37,255 nucleotides of DNA from Desulfobacteraceae bacterium (GCA_046496975.1 JAWOGI010000227.1:1-37255); one strand, 5' to 3'; positions 1 to 8,679 are shown, counted from the first letter of the stretch. Made by a program: numbers and translations. Notes: generated by a model from the letters alone, not told the origin.

Positions 1-731
1 CCAAGGCCGCAATAATCAAAGAGAACCGGGTGGTGGGAACAAAAGTGATTCCGACGGGCTACAGGGTCTCCACGGCGGGTCAACAGGTGTTTGAACAGCT
101 GCTTGAACAGACGGGAATTGCCGGGAAGGAGGTCAGGGCCGTGGTGGCAACGGGCTACGGCCGCAACAGTGTTGACTTTGCCGCCAGGTCGGTCACCGAG
201 ATCCTCTGCCACGGCACCGGGGCTTTTTTCCTCGCTTCCCGCACCAGGGGAATCATCGATGTGGGAGGCCAGGACAGCAAGGCCATTCTCCTCAACGACC
301 AGGGCGGGGTGGACAATTTTGCCATGAACGACAAGTGCGCCGCCGGCACCGGCCGGTTCCTGGAGGTGATGGCACGGGTGATGGAGGTGGACCTTGACGA
401 CATGGGAGAGATCGGCCTTGCCGCCACAGCGCCTTCCAAAATCAGCAGCATCTGCACGGTGTTTGCCGAATCCGAGGTGATCTCCATGATCTCCAGGCAG
501 CACCAGCGGGAAAACATCATTGCCGGCATCCATGATTCCGCAGCCGCCCGCATCGCCGCCCTGGCACTGAAAATAAAGATCAGGGCCCCTGTGATGATGA
601 CCGGCGGGGTGGCCAGAAACATCGGCATGGTCAGGGCCCTGGAGAGCCGCCTTGGCCTTGCCATAGAGGTTCTCCCCACAGCCCAGGTCAACGGGGCCAT
701 CGGCGCGGCTGTGACGGCAACCCGGCTGTAA
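1..731 (+). CDS. CoA-substrate-specific enzyme activase (BcrAD/BadFG/HgdC-type ATPase), 5' end cut by window edge
   Basis: The frame stays open back to position 3 (..AAIIKENRVVGTKVIPTG..), so the listed start at 30 is not the true start. ATGYGR, DVGGQDSK and DKCAAGTGRFLE motifs are signatures of 2-hydroxyacyl-CoA dehydratase / benzoyl-CoA reductase activators. Stop at 729-731. Confidence 0.8.
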   Translation, partial: KAAIIKENRVVGTKVIPTGYRVSTAGQQVFEQLLEQTGIAGKEVRAVVATGYGRNSVDFAARSVTEILCHGTGAFFLASRTRGIIDVGGQDSKAILLNDQGGVDNFAMNDKCAAGTGRFLEVMARVMEVDLDDMGEIGLAATAPSKISSICTVFAESEVISMISRQHQRENIIAGIHDSAAARIAALALKIKIRAPVMMTGGVARNIGMVRALESRLGLAIEVLPTAQVNGAIGAAVTATRL

Positions 732-784
732 ACCGACACCATGCCTTGAAAACTTTCACCTGGCAGTGCTGACACTCTTTTAAT

Positions 785-810
785 CGACTGGGCTCCGCGT
801 CTTCGACCCA
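785..810. repeat. Fragment of hairpin-repeat family 1 (ggctccgcgtcttcgaccc)
   Basis: 18 of 19 nt match 28970-28988 inside the large repeat at 28737-29046. It lies directly against the point where the nagD-like homology begins. Confidence 0.5.
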
Positions 811-814
811 TTTT

Positions 815-1126
815 CAGAAGGGCGCGAAGTTCATTGCCACCAACCAGGACCTGACCGGTCCCACACCCAGGGGACCTGTGCCGGCCTGCGGTGCCCTGGT
901 GGCCCCCATTGAAAAGGTCACCGGGGTGGCCCCCTATTTTTTGGGAAAGCCCAACTCGACCATGATGTTCCTGGCACGAAAAAAACTCGGGGTTCATTCG
1001 GCCAACTGCTTTATGATAGGGGACCGCATGGATACAGACATCCTCGGCGGCCTGGAGTCCGGCATGACCTCCTGCCTGGTCCTTTCCGGGGTCACCGACG
1101 AAGAGACCATGAACCAGTTTCCATAA
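815..1126 (+). pseudogene. C-terminal remnant of a HAD-IIA (NagD-like) phosphatase
   Basis: The translation QKGAKFIATNQDLTGP..PACGALVAPIEKVTGVAPYFLGKPN..IGDRMDTDILGG..LVLSGVT matches only the last ~100 aa of NagD-type proteins. The N-terminal ~150 aa with the catalytic Asp motif is absent, and there is an in-frame stop at 770-772. Confidence 0.65.
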
Positions 1127-1218
1127 CAGCCGGATTGCGTTTTTAACCATGTGGGAGAAATCGATCCGTCAGCCATTGTCTCGAAAAGAGAGCAAGTGGA
1201 AAAATAGCGGACTCGACA

Positions 1219-1250
1219 AATATGGCCAATGTTGCGATAAAGGCCATATT
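1219..1250. promoter_or_regulatory. Perfect 9-bp inverted repeat AATATGGCC-N14-GGCCATATT, candidate operator
   Basis: Arms at 1219-1227 and 1242-1250. The right arm overlaps the candidate -35 of the crotonase promoter. Confidence 0.3.
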
Positions 1251-1277
1251 GAAGTACAGGCAGGAACCTGATACTAT
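1249..1277 (+). promoter_or_regulatory. Candidate sigma70 promoter for the crotonase gene
   Basis: TTGAAG (1249-1254), 17-nt spacer, TACTAT (1272-1277), about 55 nt upstream of ATG 1331. RBS AAGGAG sits before the ATG. Confidence 0.4.
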
Positions 1278-1330
1278 GCTCCCCTATAGTTAGTTATCAT
1301 TTGCCTGTCAATTAACAAAAGGAGTGATCC

Positions 1331-2152
1331 ATGACTGAATATGAATTCTACCGTGTTGAAAAAAAAGGGCCTGTTGCCTGGGTCTACCTGAACCGCCCGG
1401 AGAAAAAAAATGCCATGAATCCGCCGGCATGGAAGGAGCCGGTTGAGATATTTGAAGAGCTTGACAATGATGATGAGGTCAGGGTGGTCATTATGGCAGG
1501 CGAGGGTCCCTGCTTTTCTGCAGGTATCGATCTTGTGGGAATGATGCCCGATCTTCCCGAGCTGATGGAAGCCGAGCAGAAAGGAGGGGTCAAATGGCGG
1601 CTGTTGCCCAGGATCAAAAAGCTCCAGGATGCCATGAGCTGTATTGAGTGGTGTAAAAAGCCTGTGATTGCGGCCATCCACGGCCACTGTATCGGGGCGG
1701 GCCTGGACATGGCAACCGCCTGCGATATCAGGCTGTGTTCCGCGGATGCCGGATTCTGCCTCAAAGAGGCGGCCGTGGGATTTGTGGCGGATGTGGGCGT
1801 ACTCCAGCGTATCCCCTTGATTGTGGGTCAGGGCCATGCCAGGGAACTTGCCTATTCGGCAAAAACCATTTCAGCTGAACGGGCGAAGGAAATCCTTCTG
1901 GTCAATGAGGTGTTTGAGACCAAAGAGACCCTGTTTGAAGGGGCGCAGGCACTTGGGGAAGAGATTGCGGCCAACTCCCCCCTGGCGGTACAGGCATCCA
2001 AGGATGTACTCAATTACGGGGTGGGCAAAGGTGTGGATGACGGCCTGAACTATGTGGCCTCCATGAGTGCCAATATCATTCCGTCCGACGATCTCATGGA
2101 AGCAGTCACCGCCTTCATGGAAAAACGAAAGCCCCGATTCACCGGGAAATAA
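1331..2152 (+). CDS. Enoyl-CoA hydratase/isomerase (crotonase-fold) family protein
   Basis: 273 aa with crotonase signatures (FSAGIDL, AAIHGHCIGAGLDMATACDIR). Good RBS (aaaaggagtgatccATG). Confidence 0.85.
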   Translation: MTEYEFYRVEKKGPVAWVYLNRPEKKNAMNPPAWKEPVEIFEELDNDDEVRVVIMAGEGPCFSAGIDLVGMMPDLPELMEAEQKGGVKWRLLPRIKKLQDAMSCIEWCKKPVIAAIHGHCIGAGLDMATACDIRLCSADAGFCLKEAAVGFVADVGVLQRIPLIVGQGHARELAYSAKTISAERAKEILLVNEVFETKETLFEGAQALGEEIAANSPLAVQASKDVLNYGVGKGVDDGLNYVASMSANIIPSDDLMEAVTAFMEKRKPRFTGK

Positions 2153-2170
2153 CACAAACCGGCGGAGGCA

Positions 2171-3406
2171 TTACATGCGATAAATGGTGGGTTTTTCCTC
2201 CAGATCAATGTCAATGCAGATCATATCGCCGGTTTTGAATCCCAAACGGTTCAGTTCCCGGACCACCTGGTCCTGCTTTTCATATTTCCAGAACACGAAC
2301 CACAGCGGGTTTCTCACCGTATCAATACCGTAGGCGTCATGGGTGCAGAGGTTGAGCCGGATCCGGTCCTTTGCGATAATAGTGTCGGCCTCGGACAGAA
2401 AACAATCGATCTTGTACTGATTTTCATAGAGGGCGTGGGTCAGCTGCCGTTGCAGTTCCGGGGTGTCATCCAGGTAGTGGTTGGCGATCTGAAACAAAAC
2501 GTCCGGGATTTTGATGGAAAAGCCCAACACAGCGAAACGCTCATGCTTCATGGCAAACTCTTCGAGCCCGGCCTCATAGTCAGTGATCACCTGCAGGACA
2601 TCTTTGATCGTTGTTTCCGAATCCCCCCATCCATGCACCAGATCTTCGCATTGGTTGATGATATCGAGGTAAAACGTCTTGTTGTCCATGACATAAATCA
2701 CCCGCTCCCGGTAATTTCTTCTTTTCCGGATTCTTCGAATTCCGTCCAGCGTGACCGAGCGGCTGCCGATATTTTCGTCCAGCAGTTCCACTTTTGAAAT
2801 ATCCTTGGCCTGGACCACATGGATTTGGCTCATTCTGTAAACAATGTATTCGATCTCGCAGGGAAACCCCAGGCAGTCCTGAATGTATTCGGACAAACGC
2901 AGCAGCTTCATATCATGGGGTGTTTCGGTGATATAGGATTCGCACTGGATTTTATGGGCGTATTCATTGGTATATCCGAACTCCCAGTTTTTACCCATGA
3001 TCTTGGCCATGACCTTGACACCTTCGATAAAAGGCATGACAATCACGCCCATTTCGTGGAGATTGAGCTCCGGGGCGTTGTGAAATTTCTGCTGTCTTTG
3101 GATATGCAGTTTTTTGGCTGTTTTTGCCTGATTGATGATGCGTTTCCGGGCATACCGGATTCCGGCCACATCCGCATTGACCTCCAGGGAATCAAATGTT
3201 CCGCTCTTGAAAGAAGACTCCAATGGATGGGCGCTGCGCACAATGACCTTGTAGCTGGGACAGGACGCTTTTAAAAAGGCTTCCAGCTCCGCAAAATTTT
3301 CCTTTTTGAAATCCTCTGCCGGAAGATAAATGAAATCAGGCACATCAAGCCCCTCTTTTTTCAATATTTCCAGCAGTTTTATTTTCTCGGGCAGGCTCGT
3401 TTCCAT
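2171..3406 (-). CDS. Hypothetical protein with weak PEP/pyruvate-binding (PPDK_N, ATP-grasp-like) resemblance in the N-terminal half
   Basis: Long 411-aa ORF with RBS (gaaggaaaaccaATG). The stretch VRSAHPLESSFKSGTFDSLEVN..MGVIVMPFIEG resembles the VRSSA..ED..SFAG..MaVvVQ pattern of the PPDK N-terminal domain. The C-terminal half is not recognised. Confidence 0.55.
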   Translation of the reverse strand: METSLPEKIKLLEILKKEGLDVPDFIYLPAEDFKKENFAELEAFLKASCPSYKVIVRSAHPLESSFKSGTFDSLEVNADVAGIRYARKRIINQAKTAKKLHIQRQQKFHNAPELNLHEMGVIVMPFIEGVKVMAKIMGKNWEFGYTNEYAHKIQCESYITETPHDMKLLRLSEYIQDCLGFPCEIEYIVYRMSQIHVVQAKDISKVELLDENIGSRSVTLDGIRRIRKRRNYRERVIYVMDNKTFYLDIINQCEDLVHGWGDSETTIKDVLQVITDYEAGLEEFAMKHERFAVLGFSIKIPDVLFQIANHYLDDTPELQRQLTHALYENQYKIDCFLSEADTIIAKDRIRLNLCTHDAYGIDTVRNPLWFVFWKYEKQDQVVRELNRLGFKTGDMICIDIDLEEKPTIYRM

Positions 3407-3420
3407 TGGTTTTCCTTCAA

Positions 3421-3670
3421 TAATTGGGGTCAGAGTAAAATTAAGGCCTTGATCATCGTTTCGCCCAAAGGGGTAGGGTAAGGTTTTTATTGTTCGTCGG
3501 TGTCAGGCTTGATCATAATACCGGCCACTCGTCAAATTTGGCGGGCCAACGGGGTAAGGGACCAACGGGGAAAAGCTTTTGTTGTTGACGTTATCGGACA
3601 GAAAAGCACGATCAAACCAAAAAGCACACGATAATGTTAATAACGAAACCCTTGCCCCACCCCAGGGTGC
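3421..3670 (+). repeat. Mosaic repeat family 2, copy R1 (starts AATTGGGGTCAGAGTAAAATTAAGG)
   Basis: About nine in ten positions identical by eye to R2 (3757-4005). Contains a tandem sub-repeat ccaacggggtaaggg/accaacggggaaaag. Begins 15 nt upstream of the start codon of the 2171..3406 gene. Confidence 0.85.
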
Positions 3671-3756
3671 TAATAGAAACTCGCTTCTCTTAGTGTAGAC
3701 TATACCAGACTATCAATCAAGATGTCAAAAGCTAAAACTACAATGAATAATTGGAA

Positions 3757-4032
3757 TAATTGGGGTCAGAGTAAAATTAAGGCCCTGGTCATCGTTTCGT
3801 TCAAAGGGGTAAGGCTTTTCTTGTTCGTTGGTGTCAGGCTTGATCATAATACCGGCCACTCGTCACATCTGGCGGGCCAACGGGGCAAGGGGCCAACAGG
3901 GAAAGGCTTTTGTTGTTGACGTTATCGGACAGAAAAGCACAATCAAACCACAAAGCACACGATAATGTTAATAACGAAAGCCTTGCCCCACCCCAGGATG
4001 CGCCCCGGGTGACGGATGTTATGACCAAGCCC
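3757..4032 (+). repeat. Mosaic repeat family 2, copy R2 (full-length, direct repeat of R1)
   Basis: Same left terminus as R1. The right end (ggtgacggatgttatgaccaagccc) is shared with the inverted copy R3 but missing from R1. Confidence 0.85.
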
Positions 4033-4119
4033 TCGTTGTCAAACAGTGAAGACACACTGCCTGGACAGTTAAGATAATGACATTAAGGAAAGCCTGACCC
4101 CACCTTCGATGCCTTCGAT

Positions 4120-4333
4120 GACCCCACCCTGGATGGACAAGTGTATGATCAAGGCCATATTAATAAACGGGAGATAGAGCTATTCCGAAATGCTGTCAAT
4201 AAGAACATGGTTATGGGCAGTGACCGATTTCAAAAAGAGATAGAGGGATTAACGGGGAGAGAGGTTAACGGGGAGAGGGATTAAAGAAAAAAAGAGAGGC
4301 CGGCCCGTTGGGGGGCGAATTCTTGGTGTTTAA
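4120..4333 (+). pseudogene. C-terminal remnant of a Y1 (IS200-like / REP-associated tyrosine transposase-type, COG1943) gene, frameshifted
   Basis: The translation ..REIELFRNAVNKNMVMGSDRFQKEIEGLTGR.. followed in the +1 frame by KKRGRPVGGRILGV-stop matches the tail I recall for these proteins (..IR.at..g.alGserF..eiE..lGR....k.GRPrk). A 16-nt tandem duplication (4249-4264 / 4265-4280) accounts exactly for the frame change. No catalytic N-terminal part is present. Confidence 0.45.
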
Positions 4334-4356
4334 TTTTACTCTGACCCCAATTATTT
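4232..4356 (-). repeat. Mosaic repeat family 2, partial inverted copy R4 (terminus 4330-4354)
   Basis: The reverse complement of 4330-4354 equals the R1/R2 left terminus (aattggggtcagagtaaaattaa). The next ~40 nt align with copy R3. It ends 4 nt from the stop codon of the hybrid kinase. Confidence 0.75.
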
Positions 4357-4358
4357 AA

Positions 4359-6491
4359 TTATTGTAGGGCTTTTTGAACGGCCCTGCCGATCTCTTTCAT
4401 CCCATAGGGTTTTTTGACGTACTGACAAACCCCAAGGGCCATTGCCTGCCTGACCCGGTCGGTTTCGGAAAAACCGCTGGCAATCACCGCCCGCTGTCCG
4501 GGATGGAGGGCAAGGATCTTCTCATAGGTCTCCAGACCGTCCATGCCCGGATCCATGATCATGTCCAGAATCAGCAGATCCACAGGGGTTTTTTGAACAA
4601 ATGCCAGGGCCGCTTCACCGCTTTTCACCGATGAGACCCGGTAGTTGAGTTTTGCAAGCATCACCGCTGCCATCTCTCTCTGTTCCAGGACATCGTCCAC
4701 CACAAGCACGTGCTGCCGCCTGCCGGAGTAATCCTCAAAAGAACCGGAAACTTGCGGTTCAAACGCCCTTTCCCGGGTAACAGGGAAATAGAGGGTAAAG
4801 GTGGTGCCACTGCCCGGACTGCTCCTGACGTCGATGCTGCCGCCGTGGTCCTGCACAGTTCCCCACACCACTGCCATGCCGAGGCCGGTTCCGCTTCTTC
4901 CCATCACTTTTTTGGTAAAAAAAGGTTCAAAAATCCGTTCCATATCTTCCAACGCAATGCCCGACCCCTGGTCGGCAACGGCAAGAATGACATATTCCCC
5001 CGGTTCCACCCTGGTGTATCCGTTGATGGGGGACGTGACCGTAAGATTCCCGGTGGAGATCCGTATCTCTCCGCCCCTTGTCTGGGCTTCGGCGGCATTG
5101 GCCAGTAGGTTCATGACGGTTTTGGAGAGATGCACCCTGGAGCCCATGATAAAGGGATGGTTGGCATCAAGTGCCTTTTCTACCCTGGAATGGGGGTTGT
5201 GCTCGATAATCCTGGCATACTCCAGTGTTTCCATGAAGTCCAGAACCAGGTCATTCAGGTTGACCACCGCCATGGTGGCAACCCCCCTCCTGGAAAGGGT
5301 GAGCAGATCCTGAACAATGGCAGCGGCCTTCTGGCCCGAGGCCTGCATGGCCTTCAGGGGGGCAGTCAGGGGGCTGTCCCTGTCAAGGTCCAGGAGAAGC
5401 ACTTCGGGATACCCCACAATCCCCGACAAAACATTGTTCAGGTCATGGGCCACCCCGCCTGCCAGAAGTCCCAAAGCTTCCATCTTTTTCGCCCTTTCCA
5501 GCTGTCCCTGGAGGGCCTGGTTCTCCTCCTCCATCTCGGTCTGCCGGGTGATGTCCCGGAAGATCCCCACAACCGAAGCCCCGCCGTCCTGATCTTTTTC
5601 AACCAGGGCGGCATTGACGGAACAGACGTGGACGGAGCCGTCCCGGTCTTTCAAATGGATGTGGTAATCCGTCAGTTGGCCCCTGGTTGAGATCTCCTGG
5701 ACCAGGGATTTTCTGGTTTCCGGTTTTTCATAGAACAGGTGAGACGGCTTGCCAAGGAGCTCCTGCCGGGTATACGAAGAGATTTTCTCTATGGAGGGGG
5801 AGATCTCTTCGATGGTGCCCTGGTCAAGATTCTCCTCATAGTAGACATCCTGGATGTTTTCAAAGATCTGCCGGTATTTTTGTTCCGATCGGGCAACCCT
5901 GTCCAGGGAGTGGTACAGCCCCTTTAAAACGGATGAAACGGAAAGCACCACAACGATATTGAGGAGCAAAAAGTTAAGGCTGGTGACGATCCATTTCTGA
6001 TGGGGGTTGATCGTCTCAGCCCCCCATCCAAGGAGATCCGACATGACCAGCAGCCCGACACCAACGATGGTGAGGGCATTGATGCCAAGGGCTATCATGC
6101 CGCTTTTAAAACCGAGAAAAAGGGCGGTGAGCACGGGAAAGGCAAAGAGCCACACAGGACCGGCGCCAAAGGGACCGAGGACAAAGAGCAGGACCAGCCC
6201 CAGCAGGTGGGAGATGCCGCAGAAGGTCACAGCCCTGGCACCATAGGAGATGGTCGGGTGAAACAGTAGCACCAGCACGCAGAGATAGATCACGGTATCA
6301 CCTACGGCAATGGTGTACAGCCCCTCCTTGATGGAGAGCCCGACACTTGGAAGATAAACCACAAACCCGAGAACCACGCAGACAAAGAGCAGGCTCAAGA
6401 GGATGCGTTCCTGCCAGTATTCAATGGCCTGGGGATCACTGCTGTTTTTCGGTGTTGTCAGCCGAAGGGCGGTGGCCCTGATGCTCTCCAT
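4359..6491 (-). CDS. Hybrid sensor histidine kinase / response regulator (multi-TM N-terminus, PAS, HisKA, HATPase, receiver)
   Basis: 710 aa. Hydrophobic N-terminal ~190 aa, H-box HDLNNVL, N box NLLANAAEA, DQGSGI, FEPFFTKK, GTGLGM. C-terminal receiver (VLVVDD..DLLILDMIMP..KKPY). Confidence 0.85.
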   Translation of the reverse strand: MESIRATALRLTTPKNSSDPQAIEYWQERILLSLLFVCVVLGFVVYLPSVGLSIKEGLYTIAVGDTVIYLCVLVLLFHPTISYGARAVTFCGISHLLGLVLLFVLGPFGAGPVWLFAFPVLTALFLGFKSGMIALGINALTIVGVGLLVMSDLLGWGAETINPHQKWIVTSLNFLLLNIVVVLSVSSVLKGLYHSLDRVARSEQKYRQIFENIQDVYYEENLDQGTIEEISPSIEKISSYTRQELLGKPSHLFYEKPETRKSLVQEISTRGQLTDYHIHLKDRDGSVHVCSVNAALVEKDQDGGASVVGIFRDITRQTEMEEENQALQGQLERAKKMEALGLLAGGVAHDLNNVLSGIVGYPEVLLLDLDRDSPLTAPLKAMQASGQKAAAIVQDLLTLSRRGVATMAVVNLNDLVLDFMETLEYARIIEHNPHSRVEKALDANHPFIMGSRVHLSKTVMNLLANAAEAQTRGGEIRISTGNLTVTSPINGYTRVEPGEYVILAVADQGSGIALEDMERIFEPFFTKKVMGRSGTGLGMAVVWGTVQDHGGSIDVRSSPGSGTTFTLYFPVTRERAFEPQVSGSFEDYSGRRQHVLVVDDVLEQREMAAVMLAKLNYRVSSVKSGEAALAFVQKTPVDLLILDMIMDPGMDGLETYEKILALHPGQRAVIASGFSETDRVRQAMALGVCQYVKKPYGMKEIGRAVQKALQ

Positions 6492-6605
6492 TCCGTGGTG
6501 CTCCTTTTCTGTCCGGCAAAATATGAAACGCCGTTCAACCGAACCGAAGTTTTTACTTTTGTTGTGGGCCGAAGGGTATGTAACCAGTTCGGCCCGTGGC
6601 CGTTA

Positions 6606-7856
6606 TCAGAATTTCATCTTGAGGCTGGCCGCCAGAAAATGGATGTCCGAGTTGTAGCGGCCGTTGGCAGTGCCCCCCAGGTCGGCGCCCAGATTCGTCT
6701 CCTTGTCCCTCTCCTCCTGCCATTCATAAACATAGGCCAGGGAGAGGGTGTACCGGCCCCAGCCATAATCCCCTCCCAGGGCCAAGAGGTGGGCATCGGC
6801 ATCGGGCAGGGAGGGGTCAAAGGTGTGGTCTGGGACGGCGCCTTCCCGGTAGAGGTAGCCGGTTCTCAGGGTCAGGTCGTCGCTGTACAGATATTCCAGC
6901 CCCAGGTTGTACGTCAGGGTGTCCTTCCACTCCTTGACCATGATATCGGTGGTGGCGCCGAAAACAGGTCGGTCGAACCGGGTCTCGATGGTGTCATAAT
7001 CCGACCACCCCTCCCAGAGTATTCCTGTCTCCACCATCAGCTCTCCGGTGACCTGGAAGGCGATGCTGGCAAAGGCCTCCTCGGGAAGATCCAGGGTGGC
7101 CTGTGCTCCTGTGTCAGGCAGGGCCTGGGCAATGGCTGCCGGGGTGCCCGCGGGGAGATCAAAGGAGATGCTGCCGTCGAGATCAACCGAATACCCGCTG
7201 CGGTAAGAGAGCCCCAGGTGGACCCTCCGGGTGACCGCCCAGGCCAGGCCCAGGGTGAAACCATAATCCGAGCCGTCTCCGTCAAATTTCCGTTCTCCGT
7301 CACCCAGTTTGTATCCGGAAAGGTTGATGTTGTTTTCAAGGGAGGTATCAAGGTCCAGGTAGTTCACCCCGCCGGCAATGGAGAGGTTGGGGGTTACCGC
7401 AACGGAGATTACCGGGTTGACACAGACGGTGGAGAGCTCCGAATCGGTGGCAAGATACCTGCCTTCCCAGGTTTTTCCCCATTGGGAGGCCAGCCCGAAG
7501 GGTGAAAAAATCCCCAGGCCAAAGGATATCTGTTCATTGACCCCATGGGTGGCGTAGAGGGTGGAGGGAAAAAAGAGATCGCTGTCTGTGGTGGCGGTTT
7601 CTCCGGTAGCGTCGCTCTTCTGCTCAAAGACAAGCCTTACCCCTGTGGTGCCAAGCTCCACCTGTGTGCCGTCAAGCTGGCTGATCAGGGCAGGGTTGTA
7701 AAAAACGGCAGAAGGAGAATCCAGGCGGGCAATGGAGGCCCCGGCCCTGCCAAAGGAGGCTGCGCCCTGGGAAAAAACGGCAAACCCCGACGCGTGGAGG
7801 TCAGCACTGGCGAAGAGGATCACCAGCAGAAAGGAGAAGCAGGTTGTTTTTTTCAT
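6606..7856 (-). CDS. Outer-membrane transport protein, OMPP1/FadL/TodX family
   Basis: 416 aa. Signal peptide MKKTTCFSFLLVILFASADLHA, then SGFAVFSQGAASFGRAGA, typical of the FadL N-terminus. Alternating beta-strand pattern and C-terminal Phe. Confidence 0.8.
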   Translation of the reverse strand: MKKTTCFSFLLVILFASADLHASGFAVFSQGAASFGRAGASIARLDSPSAVFYNPALISQLDGTQVELGTTGVRLVFEQKSDATGETATTDSDLFFPSTLYATHGVNEQISFGLGIFSPFGLASQWGKTWEGRYLATDSELSTVCVNPVISVAVTPNLSIAGGVNYLDLDTSLENNINLSGYKLGDGERKFDGDGSDYGFTLGLAWAVTRRVHLGLSYRSGYSVDLDGSISFDLPAGTPAAIAQALPDTGAQATLDLPEEAFASIAFQVTGELMVETGILWEGWSDYDTIETRFDRPVFGATTDIMVKEWKDTLTYNLGLEYLYSDDLTLRTGYLYREGAVPDHTFDPSLPDADAHLLALGGDYGWGRYTLSLAYVYEWQEERDKETNLGADLGGTANGRYNSDIHFLAASLKMKF

Positions 7857-7902
7857 TTTTTTTCTCCAAATTAAGTAAAGGCCAAAGTCGGTTCACAAGT
7901 AG

Positions 7903-8119
7903 GGGCTTGGTCATAACATCTAACATCGGTCACCCTGGGGTGGGGTCACCTTTTCTTTATTAACATTATCGTGTGTTTTATGGTTGGTTGTGTTTTCTGT
8001 CCGATAACGTCAATAACAAAAACCTGATCCCGTTGGCCCCTGATCCCGTTGGCCCAAAAGAGAGGCAGGCCGGTTGGGTAACGAAAGCTTGATGTTTAAT
8101 TTTACTCTGACCCCAATTA
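7903..8119 (-). repeat. Mosaic repeat family 2, inverted copy R3
   Basis: The reverse complement aligns with R2 at both ends, with an internal ~95-nt deletion. Tandem gatcccgttggcccc x2. The terminus at 8096-8119 directly abuts the rhomboid stop codon (8120-8122). Confidence 0.85.
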
Positions 8120-8662
8120 TTATCGGCTGCTTCTAAAGAAGCCGTAACAGGCCCCGGCGAACCCTCCGGCAAGATGGCTGAACTGGGAGATCCTGTCGAT
8201 TTTCAGGGTTGATACCACTTCATCCCCGATGAAGAGCACGGCGATGAATATGAAGGTCAAAGGGATCTCCCCGGACCGGATATTGGAAAAAGAGCCCAGG
8301 AGGATCAGCAGAAAAGCAATCCCGCTTCCCCCCACAAGCGAAGTGGAGAAGAAAAATGCGTTGAGCAGAGCCGTAACAGCGGCGGTGACGCATATCATCT
8401 CAAAGATTTTTCCTGAGCCGTATTTCTCTTCCAGCAGCGGTCCCACCAGCAGAATAATCATCAGGTTGCCCATGAGATGGGACCAGCTGCCGTGGCCGAG
8501 GACATAGGAGACCAGTCTCAGGTAAAAGTGCGGGTTTGAAAAGGAGAGACGCCCGGGAGAAGAGAAGTGCTGGGCCACAAGGGAGCTGCTGCAGAACGCC
8601 AGAACAGCAACGGCTGCCAGGGAGTAGGTAAGGATGACCGGGGCGTTGTACTTGATTTTCAT
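8120..8662 (-). CDS. Rhomboid-family intramembrane serine protease
   Basis: 180 aa, polytopic. WSHLMGNL (HxxxN), GGSGIAF (GxSG catalytic Ser) and HLAGGFAG (catalytic His) motifs. Confidence 0.8.
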   Translation of the reverse strand: MKIKYNAPVILTYSLAAVAVLAFCSSSLVAQHFSSPGRLSFSNPHFYLRLVSYVLGHGSWSHLMGNLMIILLVGPLLEEKYGSGKIFEMICVTAAVTALLNAFFFSTSLVGGSGIAFLLILLGSFSNIRSGEIPLTFIFIAVLFIGDEVVSTLKIDRISQFSHLAGGFAGACYGFFRSSR

Positions 8663-8679
8663 GGCTGCTTATTTCTCTT

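Noticed and set aside
3423-3447. Tn3-family terminal inverted repeat or TIME-like miniature element, because the terminus begins GGGGTCAGAG.
   Set aside because: The opposite end of the full-length unit (..gttatgaccaagccc) shares only a weak ~10-nt match (TTGG..TCA). No Tn3-type transposase or resolvase is present. The terminus instead coincides with the 3' end of a Y1 transposase-like remnant.
3722-4055. ORFs inside repeats: 3722..3919 +, 3834..4055 -. The same applies to 23945..24181 -, 28817..29002 +, 13574..13789 + and 25234..25608 + beyond the receiver fragment.
   Set aside because: They are composed of repeat sequence present in both orientations, lack RBSs, and their reading frames are not preserved between repeat copies.
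3421-4356. Possible CRISPR array, because of repeated ~250-bp and 15-16-nt units.
   Set aside because: There is no short constant repeat alternating with unique spacers of regular length. The units are long, diverged and present in both orientations. No cas genes are in the window.
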